From IMG/VR virus record IMGVR_UViG_3300022555_000024, positions 1 to 64,000 of that record: 64,000 nucleotides of DNA. One strand, 5' to 3'. The position numbers and the translations under genes were made by a program. Below are positions 49,417 through 58,936 of this stretch, one piece after another; the stretch's first letter is position 1, and each line of letters begins with the position of its first letter. The DNA is from a virus. The notes beneath the pieces were generated by a model that ran no database searches, was not told the DNA's origin, and was given only the letters and a program-made list of their open reading frames with translations.

Positions 49417-49561
49417 GGGGTAACACAGGTTAGAAATAATTAGCGAAAAACAGAACTGGTTATAACTCTACAATGATCGCAACATTGGAGGACTTGATGA
49501 ACAGAGAATGTTCTTTAGTAATACCGTGATTATTTATTGGGTTCGAACCCCATTTACTCCA
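49417..49561 (+). ncRNA. 145-nt tRNA/tmRNA-like RNA (mini tmRNA-like)
   Basis: Acceptor GGGGTAA/TTACTCC-A with G3.U; T-arm TGGG-TTCGAAC-CCCA; no D-stem; helix AAATAATTA/TGATTATTT closes an ~85-nt insert. Confidence 0.75.
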
Positions 49562-49606
49562 CAAATTAATATATAACATCCTTCCTAATAATACAAATAC
49601 TACACA

Positions 49607-50722
49607 ATGGCAAAAGCAGAAGTAACAAAAAATAGCAAAGCATATGATATCCTAAAAAGAATGAAGAAGACGTCTTCTGTTGAAGAATCGTCAGTTTTTT
49701 CAGATTCTGATCTTTATATGATAAAGGAATCCATCCCAACTCCTATCCCAGTAATAAATTTAGCACTATCTGGTAAATTTTTTGAAGGAGGAATAACACG
49801 AGGTTTAACTGTATTTGCGGGACTGTCAAAAACCTTTAAGACTAACATTTGCCTTCTTTGTTTAAAGGCATATATGGACGCACATGAAGACGCGATAGGA
49901 ATGCTTTATGATTCAGAGTTCTCATTTACCCCAGAGTATTTAGCTTCATTTGGGATAGATATTAACAGAATATTCATAACACCTATAGTTGATATAGACA
50001 AACTTAAGAACGATATTATAAGTCAGGTAGATTCCATTAATAATGGAGAACACATCTTCATTTTAATAGATAGTATTGGAAATTTGGCATCTCTTAAAGA
50101 AGTATCTGATGCACAGGATGGAAAATCAACTCAAGATATGTCCCGCGCAAAAATGTTAAAAAGCTTTTTTAGAATGATAACGCCAAGAGTAAATCTGAAA
50201 AATATTCCACTTTTTGTTGTTAATCACATTTATATGACTCAGGAAATCTATAGCAAAGCAGTAATAAGTGGTGGAACAGGAGTACTCCTATCTGCAAATT
50301 CTGCACTCATCATGTCTCGTCGTAAGAATGATAATAAGGAAGAAGCTGGGTTCGATTTTATGATTAAAGCAGAGAAATCTAGATTTATAAAAGAAGGAAT
50401 TAAATTTCCAATTACAATACCTGAAGGTGGACAGATTAAGAAATATTCAGGCCTGTTTGATCTTGCATTAGAGACTGGCTTTTTAATGAAAGAAGGAATG
50501 ATGTATGCTGTCCCTGAATTACCAGAATTTAAAAAGGCATGGAAAAAAGATATAGAGGATTCTGAAGAATTCTGGACAAATATTTTTGAGAATACTACAT
50601 TTGTTAAAACTATAGAGGAAGGACTTAAAGTATCTGTAGATCAATCAGAATTATTTAAAATAGGTGCTAATGTTAGTGATATCTCCAATACAGTTGAAGA
50701 TTTCAAAGAGTTTGAAGAATAA
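49607..50722 (+). CDS. uvsX: RecA-like recombinase UvsX
   Basis: INLALSG, GLSKTFKT, YDSEF, IDSIGNLAS, DMSRAK, ISGGTG. Confidence 0.95.
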   Translation: MAKAEVTKNSKAYDILKRMKKTSSVEESSVFSDSDLYMIKESIPTPIPVINLALSGKFFEGGITRGLTVFAGLSKTFKTNICLLCLKAYMDAHEDAIGMLYDSEFSFTPEYLASFGIDINRIFITPIVDIDKLKNDIISQVDSINNGEHIFILIDSIGNLASLKEVSDAQDGKSTQDMSRAKMLKSFFRMITPRVNLKNIPLFVVNHIYMTQEIYSKAVISGGTGVLLSANSALIMSRRKNDNKEEAGFDFMIKAEKSRFIKEGIKFPITIPEGGQIKKYSGLFDLALETGFLMKEGMMYAVPELPEFKKAWKKDIEDSEEFWTNIFENTTFVKTIEEGLKVSVDQSELFKIGANVSDISNTVEDFKEFEE

Positions 50723-50782
50723 AATGTGAAAATTGTTGTTATATATTATTTTATACTATCAAATAAAGGATTAAACAAAAAA

Positions 50783-52186
50783 ATGAATCGAATTGAAATA
50801 ATTATACTTTCCGGATTAATTACACAAGCAGAATTTTCTAGAAAAGTTCTCCCATTTATAAAAACAGAATATTTTGCTTCTTTGGAGGAACGTTATCTCT
50901 TTGACACAATACACAAATATATAACAACATATGGACAATTACCATCTATTTCAGCTTTATCGATAGAGATAGAAAATATCGTAGATATTAATGAAAGTGC
51001 TTTCAAATCGTTGAAAGAACTTCTTATTACAGTCGGGGATTCTACTGTAGATAATAAAGAGTTAGAATGGCTGTTAATAAATACAGAGAAATTTTGTCAG
51101 GATAAAGCACTCTATAATGCAATTATGGAGTCTATAGAGATCATGAATGCAGACAAAAATTCTACAACACACAAAAACCTTTCTAAAACTTCCATTCCAT
51201 CAGTTCTCACAAAGGCTCTAGCTGTTACTTTTGATAGTAAGGTAGGTCATGATTACATAGGTGATTCTGATTCTAGATATGAACATTATCATGAGAAAGA
51301 TGAGAAGATCCCATTTGACATAGAACTACTCAATACCATAACTAATGGTGGACTTCCAAAGAAAGCACTTTCTATTATTCTTGGTGGAACTGGAACTGGA
51401 AAGTCTATGGTAATGTGTCATTTTGCTGCTAACAATCTAATGGATGGTAATAACGTTCTCTATATAACTTTAGAAATGTCTGAGTTAGAGACAGCAAAAA
51501 GAATAGATGCAAATGTCTTTGACGTTGACATTAAAGATATATCTTCTATGTCTAAAACTGAATATCATAATCATGTAGATGATATAAAAAGAAAAACTAT
51601 GGGTAGACTTATTATTAAGGAATACCCAACTGCATCAGCACATGCCGGTCATTTTAGATTTCTCTTAGATGAATTGAAATTAAAAGAGAAGTTTATACCA
51701 GATATTATCTATATAGATTATATAAACATATGTCTAAGTATGAGAATGAAAATGGATGGAAATTCTTATTCATACATAAAATCTATAGCAGAAGAAATAA
51801 GAGGAATGGCAGTAGAATTCAATGTACCAATAGTTTCTGCTACTCAAACTAATAGAAATGCGCAAAATTCATCTGATGTAGATCTTACCAACGTTTCAGA
51901 ATCGACAGGCCTCTCTTCAACGTGTGATCTTATGCTCGCAATCATATCTTCAGAGCAATTGTCAGAACTTGGACAGCTTCAGTTCAAACAACTTAAAAAT
52001 AGATATAATGATGTTAATTCACCAACAAGGTTTTTAGTTGGTGTCAACAAATCAAAGATGAAACTTTTTGATTTAGAAACAAGTGTTCAAAACACTATCA
52101 TTCAATCAGGGCAAAGTCAAGTAACAAAACCAGCTGGAGGATTTTTTGGTACATCTAAAAACAAATTTTCTTCTATAAACGTCTAA
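50783..52186 (+). CDS. gp41: Replicative helicase gp41
   Basis: GGTGTGKS, YITLEMSE, IKEYPT, IDYINIC, SATQTNR, QLKNRY. Confidence 0.96.
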   Translation: MNRIEIIILSGLITQAEFSRKVLPFIKTEYFASLEERYLFDTIHKYITTYGQLPSISALSIEIENIVDINESAFKSLKELLITVGDSTVDNKELEWLLINTEKFCQDKALYNAIMESIEIMNADKNSTTHKNLSKTSIPSVLTKALAVTFDSKVGHDYIGDSDSRYEHYHEKDEKIPFDIELLNTITNGGLPKKALSIILGGTGTGKSMVMCHFAANNLMDGNNVLYITLEMSELETAKRIDANVFDVDIKDISSMSKTEYHNHVDDIKRKTMGRLIIKEYPTASAHAGHFRFLLDELKLKEKFIPDIIYIDYINICLSMRMKMDGNSYSYIKSIAEEIRGMAVEFNVPIVSATQTNRNAQNSSDVDLTNVSESTGLSSTCDLMLAIISSEQLSELGQLQFKQLKNRYNDVNSPTRFLVGVNKSKMKLFDLETSVQNTIIQSGQSQVTKPAGGFFGTSKNKFSSINV

Positions 52187-52249
52187 TTGGTATAAATATT
52201 TTTTTAATTTTGGGAAAAAGATTATATTTAATAAGTAATAAAATAAGCA

Positions 52250-52525
52250 ATGCTAAGTACAAAACATTTCGAATATCAAAAAAATCCTCCAACTCTTTTC
52301 GCTTATAAATCAGATTTGAGCAACGTAGATAAAGGATTTATAACATCTGTTAATAAGAATTTTGAAAAAGGATTATTAATCCAAAGTCACGTTACGGGAA
52401 AAAAGATGCACTTCTTACTTCATGAATTTGAATTTGAAGAAGGTACTAATAAAATTCAATCGTGGATTCTTAATTCTAGGTCAAAAGATAATAAGCTTAT
52501 AACAATAATTATATACAACAAATGA
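52250..52525 (+). CDS. Hypothetical protein
   Basis: ORF track; TATAAATA at 52191. Confidence 0.55.
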   Translation: MLSTKHFEYQKNPPTLFAYKSDLSNVDKGFITSVNKNFEKGLLIQSHVTGKKMHFLLHEFEFEEGTNKIQSWILNSRSKDNKLITIIIYNK

Positions 52526-52800
52526 CAAATAAACAAAAGGAAGCAGTAGAACATCCTGCACATTATGCCGAGGGTAGATCGTATGAACCAATTGATGTTA
52601 TTAGAGATTGGGATCTCAATTTTAACCTTGGAAGTTCTTTAAAATATATTGCTCGTATGGGAAGAAAAGATGATGCAGTTCAGGATTTAAAAAAAGCTGT
52701 ATATTATATTCAACATGAAATAAAATCAATAGAAAAAATAAAAAATGAAACAAGTGAAACGAAAAAAATTACAAGCTCCACACAGCAGGAAACTTACTGA
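52522..52800 (+). CDS. DUF3310-family protein
   Basis: VEHPAHY, EPIDVI, FNLGSSLKYIAR, QDLKKA. Confidence 0.85.
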   Translation: MTNKQKEAVEHPAHYAEGRSYEPIDVIRDWDLNFNLGSSLKYIARMGRKDDAVQDLKKAVYYIQHEIKSIEKIKNETSETKKITSSTQQETY

Positions 52801-53173
52801 CCCTGATCATTACCCACAAGTAGATTCTCCATTTTTATTAGATAGAATACCAGAGAAGAAGACAAAGTATATACCAATTCCAGCAGATCAAAGAAAATTT
52901 GTTAATTATAAGCATCCCGGTAATAATGAAAATTCTAAAAAACCTGTTTACGAAGATGTAGATAAATTTTTTGAATGTCCTCATTGTGGTAGTACTATAG
53001 ACAATTATACTTGGAGATGTTATATGTGTAGATATGAAGCTTCAGTTTATAATGAACCAATAGATGGAGTTATTGATTATAGACATTGGACAAACATCGA
53101 AGAAACGAAGGAATTGAGAAAAAATTTAATTCGTGTTAATCCTTGGACTGGAGAAAAGTGGAATGGAAAATAA
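52745..53173 (+). CDS. Hypothetical zinc-ribbon protein
   Basis: CPHC...CYMC. Confidence 0.55.
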   Translation: MKQVKRKKLQAPHSRKLTDPDHYPQVDSPFLLDRIPEKKTKYIPIPADQRKFVNYKHPGNNENSKKPVYEDVDKFFECPHCGSTIDNYTWRCYMCRYEASVYNEPIDGVIDYRHWTNIEETKELRKNLIRVNPWTGEKWNGK

Positions 53174-53354
53174 AGAAATTATAAATAATACAGAACCTTT
53201 AGAATGGTGGCAAACATTTCAAGGTATACTTGATAAAATGCAAGAAATAAAAGACGAAAATGATTTTATAAAGGCAGAAAATGCAAAATTAATGGAGGAT
53301 TTAGTTGAAAAGAAATCAGTTCGAAGAAGTAATGGAAGATCTAAGAAAATTTGA
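53163..53354 (+). CDS. Hypothetical protein
   Basis: ORF track; start at ATG 53163. Confidence 0.45.
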   Translation: MENKEIINNTEPLEWWQTFQGILDKMQEIKDENDFIKAENAKLMEDLVEKKSVRRSNGRSKKI

Positions 53355-53532
53355 TCCTCTTAGTGCAAATTGTATAGAATCTAGTATAGAAGGTATTATT
53401 CTAGCAATAGAAAGAGATCTTACAGAAGATGAAAAGATGATAGCATACAGTATGTTTTTATCTGGACTTATATTCGAAAAATTTAATCAAGTACAAGAAT
53501 CATTAACGTTTTCTAAGATATCATTAAATTAA
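53332..53532 (+). CDS. Hypothetical protein
   Basis: ORF track; start uncertain. Confidence 0.45.
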   Translation: MEDLRKFDPLSANCIESSIEGIILAIERDLTEDEKMIAYSMFLSGLIFEKFNQVQESLTFSKISLN

Positions 53533-53549
53533 ATTTGTCAACACTGTAA

Positions 53550-53579
53550 AATGGCCCTGGTGAATTCACCAGGGCCATT
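53550..53579. terminator. Perfect 30-bp palindrome, probable terminator
   Basis: AATGGCCCTGGTGAATTCACCAGGGCCATT at the boundary between replication and late genes. Confidence 0.75.
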
Positions 53580-53636
53580 GTTGTTTATTAAATAAGTCTC
53601 CGATATATCATAAATAAGTTTATAAACCTCTCTTTT

Positions 53637-53644
53637 TATAAATA
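53637..53644 (+). promoter_or_regulatory. Late promoter TATAAATA
   Basis: Consensus at the head of the 53657-61031 cluster. Confidence 0.75.
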
Positions 53645-53656
53645 TTCTTATGATAA

Positions 53657-54049
53657 ATGACAATCGAATTATTAAACGAAGATAATTTTGAACCATATGC
53701 TATGCGAAATTATCGAAATGACTTTTGTTTTGATTTAACAGAATTTCACGATGATCTTAGAAGTATACGGTACATTAAAATTTTAATTAATCGCTACAAA
53801 AATACAGGATCTTTACAAGAAAGATTAATCTTGAATCATCTTATAACTATGAGTAACGTGTTTACTGTTGATGCTGTGGTAAAAATGTTATTTTATAAAT
53901 TAGATGAAATGGATTATCCTATTCTAAAATCATTTCTATCGTACCTTAATTATATGCCTGATATAATATATGGCATTAGAGGTCATAATATATGGAGTTC
54001 AGAAATTAAAGAAGATACATTAATTACACAAAGACTAAAACAATTATGA
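53657..54049 (+). CDS. Conserved T4-like phage protein
   Basis: LNEDNF..YAMRNY, EFHDDL, ERLILNHLI..NVF pattern. Confidence 0.75.
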   Translation: MTIELLNEDNFEPYAMRNYRNDFCFDLTEFHDDLRSIRYIKILINRYKNTGSLQERLILNHLITMSNVFTVDAVVKMLFYKLDEMDYPILKSFLSYLNYMPDIIYGIRGHNIWSSEIKEDTLITQRLKQL

Positions 54050-55197
54050 CAATAAATTTCAAAAATGTCTGGGAAACTATAGACAAAAAGGCATCTGAAC
54101 CTTTACAAGAACTTTTTATAAGACCAGATGGAGATTTGGAACAGGGAGCAGCAGAAGTTGCATCAGATATAGCAGTTCTTTTTGTAAGAACAATAAGTCC
54201 TTACATCTCTAATTTAATGACGAAGAGAAGAGTTAAAAGAGAAGAAATACAGAAAGCTCATACAATATTAACAGGAGCAGAGGAACAAATAGCTACCATT
54301 ATAAACAAAAGTGTTCAAGATAGATATCAACATCAGTGCGATGTGTGGGAAACTGAACTAGAAAAACTCGAAAGAAATTTAAAAGAAAGTAAAGATGTAG
54401 ATACCCTTATTGGTAATATTACAGAATCTTTAAAAAAGGGATCTGAATATAGAACATTCTTTAAGAATGCGCTAAAAAAATTCGGTGTTGAATCACAAGA
54501 TGAATTAACAGGAGATAAAAAGAAAAAATTCTTTGATTATGTTGATTCTAATTGGGAATCTGATGACGAAATCGAAGAATCGATTTCAGAGGAATCGTTA
54601 GATGAATTATTTATGACTCCCGAAAACAAGAAAGAAGAATTAGTTGCAGATGCTGCTATATTTTTAGTTAGAGTTGTTGGACCATATATTAGTAAATTGA
54701 TTAAAGAATTTAATGAAAGACGTTGTGTTGAAAAGAAAGAATTGATTACTGCTACTAGATATCTTAATAAAGCAGAACATGAAATAGAACTGATTAAAGA
54801 ACCCGCTACACAACTCGTTTTTAAGAAAATTCTATCTAAATGGTGGTCTCAAATCAAAAAATTCAAAAATTGTGGAATTAACGAAGAATCTGGCACAGCA
54901 TCTAAAGAATTTGTTGACTCAGAGGTCGAAGGACTTACAGGCGGTGCAAAAAAGGCATACGATATGGGCTTAAACCATGGTATGAATAATAGAAAACCAT
55001 TAGATAGTCCTGACGCTTCATTTGGTAGATTTGGCGATCACTATACGTATGGTTATAATGTTGGTAAGAATCATAGAAAAATAGATTCTGATGGTGTAGA
55101 ATGGCACAATAAGCAGAAAGGTAGAGTAAACTCATCTTATAGACCACTTCAACATGAGAGTGTTGATATTATAAAATCAAAGAAGAATTCTAACTAA
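54046..55197 (+). CDS. Multi-module putative head protein with an internal duplication
   Basis: ELF...(S/A)D(I/A)A(V/I)..VR..(S/G)PYIS.L occurs twice; EYRTFFKNALKKFGV...KKKFFDYVDSNW module. Confidence 0.65.
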   Translation: MTINFKNVWETIDKKASEPLQELFIRPDGDLEQGAAEVASDIAVLFVRTISPYISNLMTKRRVKREEIQKAHTILTGAEEQIATIINKSVQDRYQHQCDVWETELEKLERNLKESKDVDTLIGNITESLKKGSEYRTFFKNALKKFGVESQDELTGDKKKKFFDYVDSNWESDDEIEESISEESLDELFMTPENKKEELVADAAIFLVRVVGPYISKLIKEFNERRCVEKKELITATRYLNKAEHEIELIKEPATQLVFKKILSKWWSQIKKFKNCGINEESGTASKEFVDSEVEGLTGGAKKAYDMGLNHGMNNRKPLDSPDASFGRFGDHYTYGYNVGKNHRKIDSDGVEWHNKQKGRVNSSYRPLQHESVDIIKSKKNSN

Positions 55198-56033
55198 TGA
55201 CTCAGTTTTTATTTGAAGGGAAATACTGGGATTTGCTATATGCATATCAATTTATTAAACGTCTTGTTATTCCATTTGATAAAACAGACGCATTTAAACT
55301 TGGTATTATAGATAAATATGGCAATAATTTAATTCCTAGAAAAGATTTCACAACAGATGAGCAAAAAAATGCATATACCTATTTTACAGTGATGGTATTT
55401 AACTTAAAGAAACTTTTAGGTAAACTTCCTGCGGGCAAAACGATGATGGCTTCTTTAATTGCAGCATTGCTTTTACTTAAAGAGGAAAAGAATAGAACTT
55501 TTCATATAGAACAAGAAAATGATGAAAAACTTCTTATAGAAAAATATAAACAAATATACGATAAAGTTCATTCATCTAATACAAATTTCATACCAATATT
55601 AACAGAGATTCATTGTCTCATTAAAGAAGATAAAATGATAAATGAAGAAGTAACTGGAGATCTGCCTACGTTACAAATACCAACTTCAACTGTTGGTGCA
55701 TTAAGAAGAAAACAGAAAAAGGATGCTATGATTAGAAGAGCTCCAGTTGTTTATGCAATACCAGAAGGCAATGGAGTCGAATCACATGGTGATTTTAAAG
55801 TTTTCACTGTTGATACCCCAACATTTATAGAAGCAAAGTCTGCAAAGAATAGATATAACAAATATGATAAATATGTAGGAAGAGCTGAGTTGGGAGAACA
55901 AATTAGATCATATGCAATTAGTAACCCAAACATGCCAGTTATCTTGAAGTGTGAGACTACAGGTCAAATATGTTTTTTAAAATATGGTAAAGTATCATTA
56001 GATTCTATAACAGAATTTAAAAATAAAAAATGA
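55197..56033 (+). CDS. Conserved T4-like protein (gp61.1-like)
   Basis: DLLYAYQFIKRLVIPFDKTDAFKLGIIDKYG; upstream of primase. Confidence 0.65.
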   Translation: MTQFLFEGKYWDLLYAYQFIKRLVIPFDKTDAFKLGIIDKYGNNLIPRKDFTTDEQKNAYTYFTVMVFNLKKLLGKLPAGKTMMASLIAALLLLKEEKNRTFHIEQENDEKLLIEKYKQIYDKVHSSNTNFIPILTEIHCLIKEDKMINEEVTGDLPTLQIPTSTVGALRRKQKKDAMIRRAPVVYAIPEGNGVESHGDFKVFTVDTPTFIEAKSAKNRYNKYDKYVGRAELGEQIRSYAISNPNMPVILKCETTGQICFLKYGKVSLDSITEFKNKK

Positions 56034-57166
56034 AATCATTTAAGACATACATAACAGAGAAGAAGGACCACCTGATAGATAAGCTAGCGATTACCGATCA
56101 CCAAAAGAAGGAACTTAAGGATTTTTTTGCAAAGAAACCAAACCTAGAGAACAAGATTGACTGGCAAAAGAAGGGTCTTGCCTTTAAGGATTTTGCGGAT
56201 GTCATGGCCACGACGAAGACCGAAAGAACCAGGATGGTAAAGAAGCAGGGCATCGCCGGGCTCAAAGATGGCAAGGATTATCTTGAACTAAAGGTACCTG
56301 CAGATTTTCCATTCCAGGCCTACATCCCACTTACCTGGGAAGCTAGCAAACTAATCGCATCAAACAAGATAGGTAAAGGTACTGCCAAGTGGTGCACTGC
56401 CCATCATAGCTTATATAAACATTGGTATGAATATGCAGATAATCTAGATGTTCTCATTTATCTCATAGGAAAAGATACCAAAATAGCAATGGTACTAGAT
56501 GGTAATTATATAGATGATGTTTATGATATAGAAGACAATACTATTGAGATTGAAGCCGAATATCGTATTCTAGTGGATATCAACAAATCTTTAATAAATA
56601 AAGCCAGAGGTATTATAGAGAAAGGTTTAAAGGACAGAGTTTGGGATGGAGGCACGTGGCTAGGCGGCACTTGGACTGGTAGATTATGGAAAGGCGGAAA
56701 CTGGAAAGATGGCAACTGGAAAGATGGAACATGGGAAGCCGGCAGTTGGGACCATGGAACATGGGAAGGTGGAATTTGGGAAGGCGGACTTTGGAGAAAC
56801 GGCACCTGGGAAAAGGGTATTTGGCAAAACGGAATTTGGAAAGATGGCAACTGGAAAGGCGGCACTTGGAAAAACGGTGTCTGGGAAGGCGGAACCTGGC
56901 AATACGGGCTTTGGCGAAATGGCATCTGGAAAGGAGGTGATTGGTGGGACGGCACTTGGTGGAACGGCACTTGGGAAGCAGGCACCTGGCAAGGCGGTAC
57001 TTGGCAAGCAGGCACCTGGCAAGGCGGTACCTGGGAAGCCGGCCTCTGGGAACGCGGAGATTGGTTGGGTGGAACTTGGAAAGGCGGAGATTGGTGGGGT
57101 GGTTATGATATAAATGGCAATTATCATGAAATGGGTGATTCACCAGATAAATGGAAACTAAAATGA
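56030..57166 (+). CDS. KWCT-domain plus Trp/Gly pentapeptide-repeat protein (paralogue 1)
   Basis: MKSFKTYITE; GTAKWCTAH; over 30 GxWxx repeats; GDSPDKWKLK cap. Confidence 0.8.
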   Translation: MKSFKTYITEKKDHLIDKLAITDHQKKELKDFFAKKPNLENKIDWQKKGLAFKDFADVMATTKTERTRMVKKQGIAGLKDGKDYLELKVPADFPFQAYIPLTWEASKLIASNKIGKGTAKWCTAHHSLYKHWYEYADNLDVLIYLIGKDTKIAMVLDGNYIDDVYDIEDNTIEIEAEYRILVDINKSLINKARGIIEKGLKDRVWDGGTWLGGTWTGRLWKGGNWKDGNWKDGTWEAGSWDHGTWEGGIWEGGLWRNGTWEKGIWQNGIWKDGNWKGGTWKNGVWEGGTWQYGLWRNGIWKGGDWWDGTWWNGTWEAGTWQGGTWQAGTWQGGTWEAGLWERGDWLGGTWKGGDWWGGYDINGNYHEMGDSPDKWKLK

Positions 57167-57735
57167 AATCATTCAAGACATTTATAATAGAATCAAAAAT
57201 AAGAAAAAGTTACTTCGATTCATCCATTCCAGTTGTCATTCTTTATAAAACAGACGAGGAATATAACATTTGGGAACCGCGTTTTAAGAAATATGGATGG
57301 GCAATAGGTATCCTAGATAAGAAAATTATTATAGAAGATGGCGAGATTATAAAAAATTTAACAAAAACACAAATCTTATTTGTAGAATCTCATGAATGTT
57401 CTCATTTTATACTTGGGGAAAAAGCTACAGAAGTAGAATGTGATTGGCTTGCTATAGCAAATCTTTGGAAAAAAGGATTTAAAAACGCAGCAAAATTAGG
57501 AATAGACACCTTTGAGGAAAGAAATAATGTACTATTTGATACTTCAGATCTTCCGGGTTATGATTCTTGGATAAAAAGAAATAAACATTTGGGCGAATGC
57601 TTTATTTTAGAATGCAAAGAAAAAAATATAGAGATATTAAAAGCTTTAAAGAATTCACAAAAATTTAATATTTACCCATCAAAAAGCACTTTAGAAAGTG
57701 CTTGGGAAATATACACAGAATCTATTATACATTAA
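57163..57735 (+). CDS. Putative zinc metallopeptidase (HExxH) with CTS-like start
   Basis: MKSFKTFIIE; ESHECSHF...EVECD. Confidence 0.65.
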   Translation: MKSFKTFIIESKIRKSYFDSSIPVVILYKTDEEYNIWEPRFKKYGWAIGILDKKIIIEDGEIIKNLTKTQILFVESHECSHFILGEKATEVECDWLAIANLWKKGFKNAAKLGIDTFEERNNVLFDTSDLPGYDSWIKRNKHLGECFILECKEKNIEILKALKNSQKFNIYPSKSTLESAWEIYTESIIH

Positions 57736-57770
57736 AATTTTAAATTTATAATACTTTAATTATATTAAAA

Positions 57771-58661
57771 ATGAAAACGTATAAACATTTATTAGAAGAA
57801 ATATCAATGTTTGAAAATAATGGTGAAGGTGGTGGAACTTGGAAAGATGGTATTTGGAGAGGTGGCACTTGGTTAGGCGGCACCTGGAAATACGGAATTT
57901 GGAAAGATGGAATTTGGAAAGACGGAATTTGGAAAGACGGAATTTGGAAAGATGGAACATGGAAACGCGGAGTATGGAGTGGCGGTACTTGGAAAGATGG
58001 AACTTGGATTAGTGGCACTTGGAAAGGCGGAAATTGGTGGGACGGTACTTGGAAAGGTGGCATCTGGGAAAATGGTACTTGGAATAAAGGAACTTGGATT
58101 AGTGGCACTTGGAAAGGTGGAACATGGTTTGACGGTATCTGGAACGGCGGAACATGGGAAAAGGGTATTTGGAAAGGTGGAACATTGGAACGCGGTGATT
58201 GGTGGGACGGTACTTGGCAAGGTGGTACTTGGAAAGATGGCACTTGGAAAGGCGGAACCTGGCAATACGGGCTTTGGCGAAATGGCAAATGGAATGGTGG
58301 CAAATGGAATGGTGGAACCTGGGAAGGCGGAACCTGGGAAGGCGGTACCTGGGAAGGCGGAACCTGGGAAAAGGGTATTTGGAAAGGTGGAACATGGGAA
58401 CGCGGTGATTGGTGGGACGGTACTTGGCAAGGTGGCACTTGGAAAGGCGGCATCTGGAAAGGTGGAACATGGGAACGCGGTGATTGGTGGGACGGTATCT
58501 GGAAAGGCGGCACTTGGGAACGCGGCATCTGGAAAGGAGGTGATTGGTGGGACGGTACTTGGGAAGGCGGAGATTGGTGGGGTGGTTATGATAAATACGG
58601 CCGTTATCATGCAGCAGGCGATTCACCGGATAAATGGAAACTAAAAAACAAACTAAAATGA
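57771..58661 (+). CDS. Trp/Gly pentapeptide-repeat protein (almost entirely repeat)
   Basis: MKTYKHLLEE followed by about 50 GxWxx repeats and the same cap. Confidence 0.8.
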   Translation: MKTYKHLLEEISMFENNGEGGGTWKDGIWRGGTWLGGTWKYGIWKDGIWKDGIWKDGIWKDGTWKRGVWSGGTWKDGTWISGTWKGGNWWDGTWKGGIWENGTWNKGTWISGTWKGGTWFDGIWNGGTWEKGIWKGGTLERGDWWDGTWQGGTWKDGTWKGGTWQYGLWRNGKWNGGKWNGGTWEGGTWEGGTWEGGTWEKGIWKGGTWERGDWWDGTWQGGTWKGGIWKGGTWERGDWWDGIWKGGTWERGIWKGGDWWDGTWEGGDWWGGYDKYGRYHAAGDSPDKWKLKNKLK

Positions 58662-58936
58662 AAACGTATAAAGAATTTCGTACAGAAATAGGGTCTAAAA
58701 CTTGGGACGATATTGCTGAAAATCCTAAATTAGTAGGACATATTCCTAGTAATATAAATAAAGAAATTTTAGATGATCCTAAAGATAGAAAATATTTGAA
58801 GTCTATTGGAAAAGCAAGGTTAAAGAAAGCAGAAGATCAATGGAAAAAGATTATAGATGATCCAGAAGAAGTAGGTAGTATTCCAAGTAACTATCCTGGG
58901 AAATTTAAAGGTGGTAATTTTGCAAACACAATTTGA
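58658..58936 (+). CDS. Small protein with CTS-like start and an internal repeat
   Basis: MKTYKEFRTE; WDDIAENPKLVGHIPSN / WKKIIDDPEEVGSIPSN. Confidence 0.6.
   Translation: MKTYKEFRTEIGSKTWDDIAENPKLVGHIPSNINKEILDDPKDRKYLKSIGKARLKKAEDQWKKIIDDPEEVGSIPSNYPGKFKGGNFANTI

Noticed and set aside
49417-49561. Canonical tRNA call
   Set aside because: No D-stem or 7-nt anticodon loop, and the length is 145 nt; reported as a tmRNA-like RNA instead.
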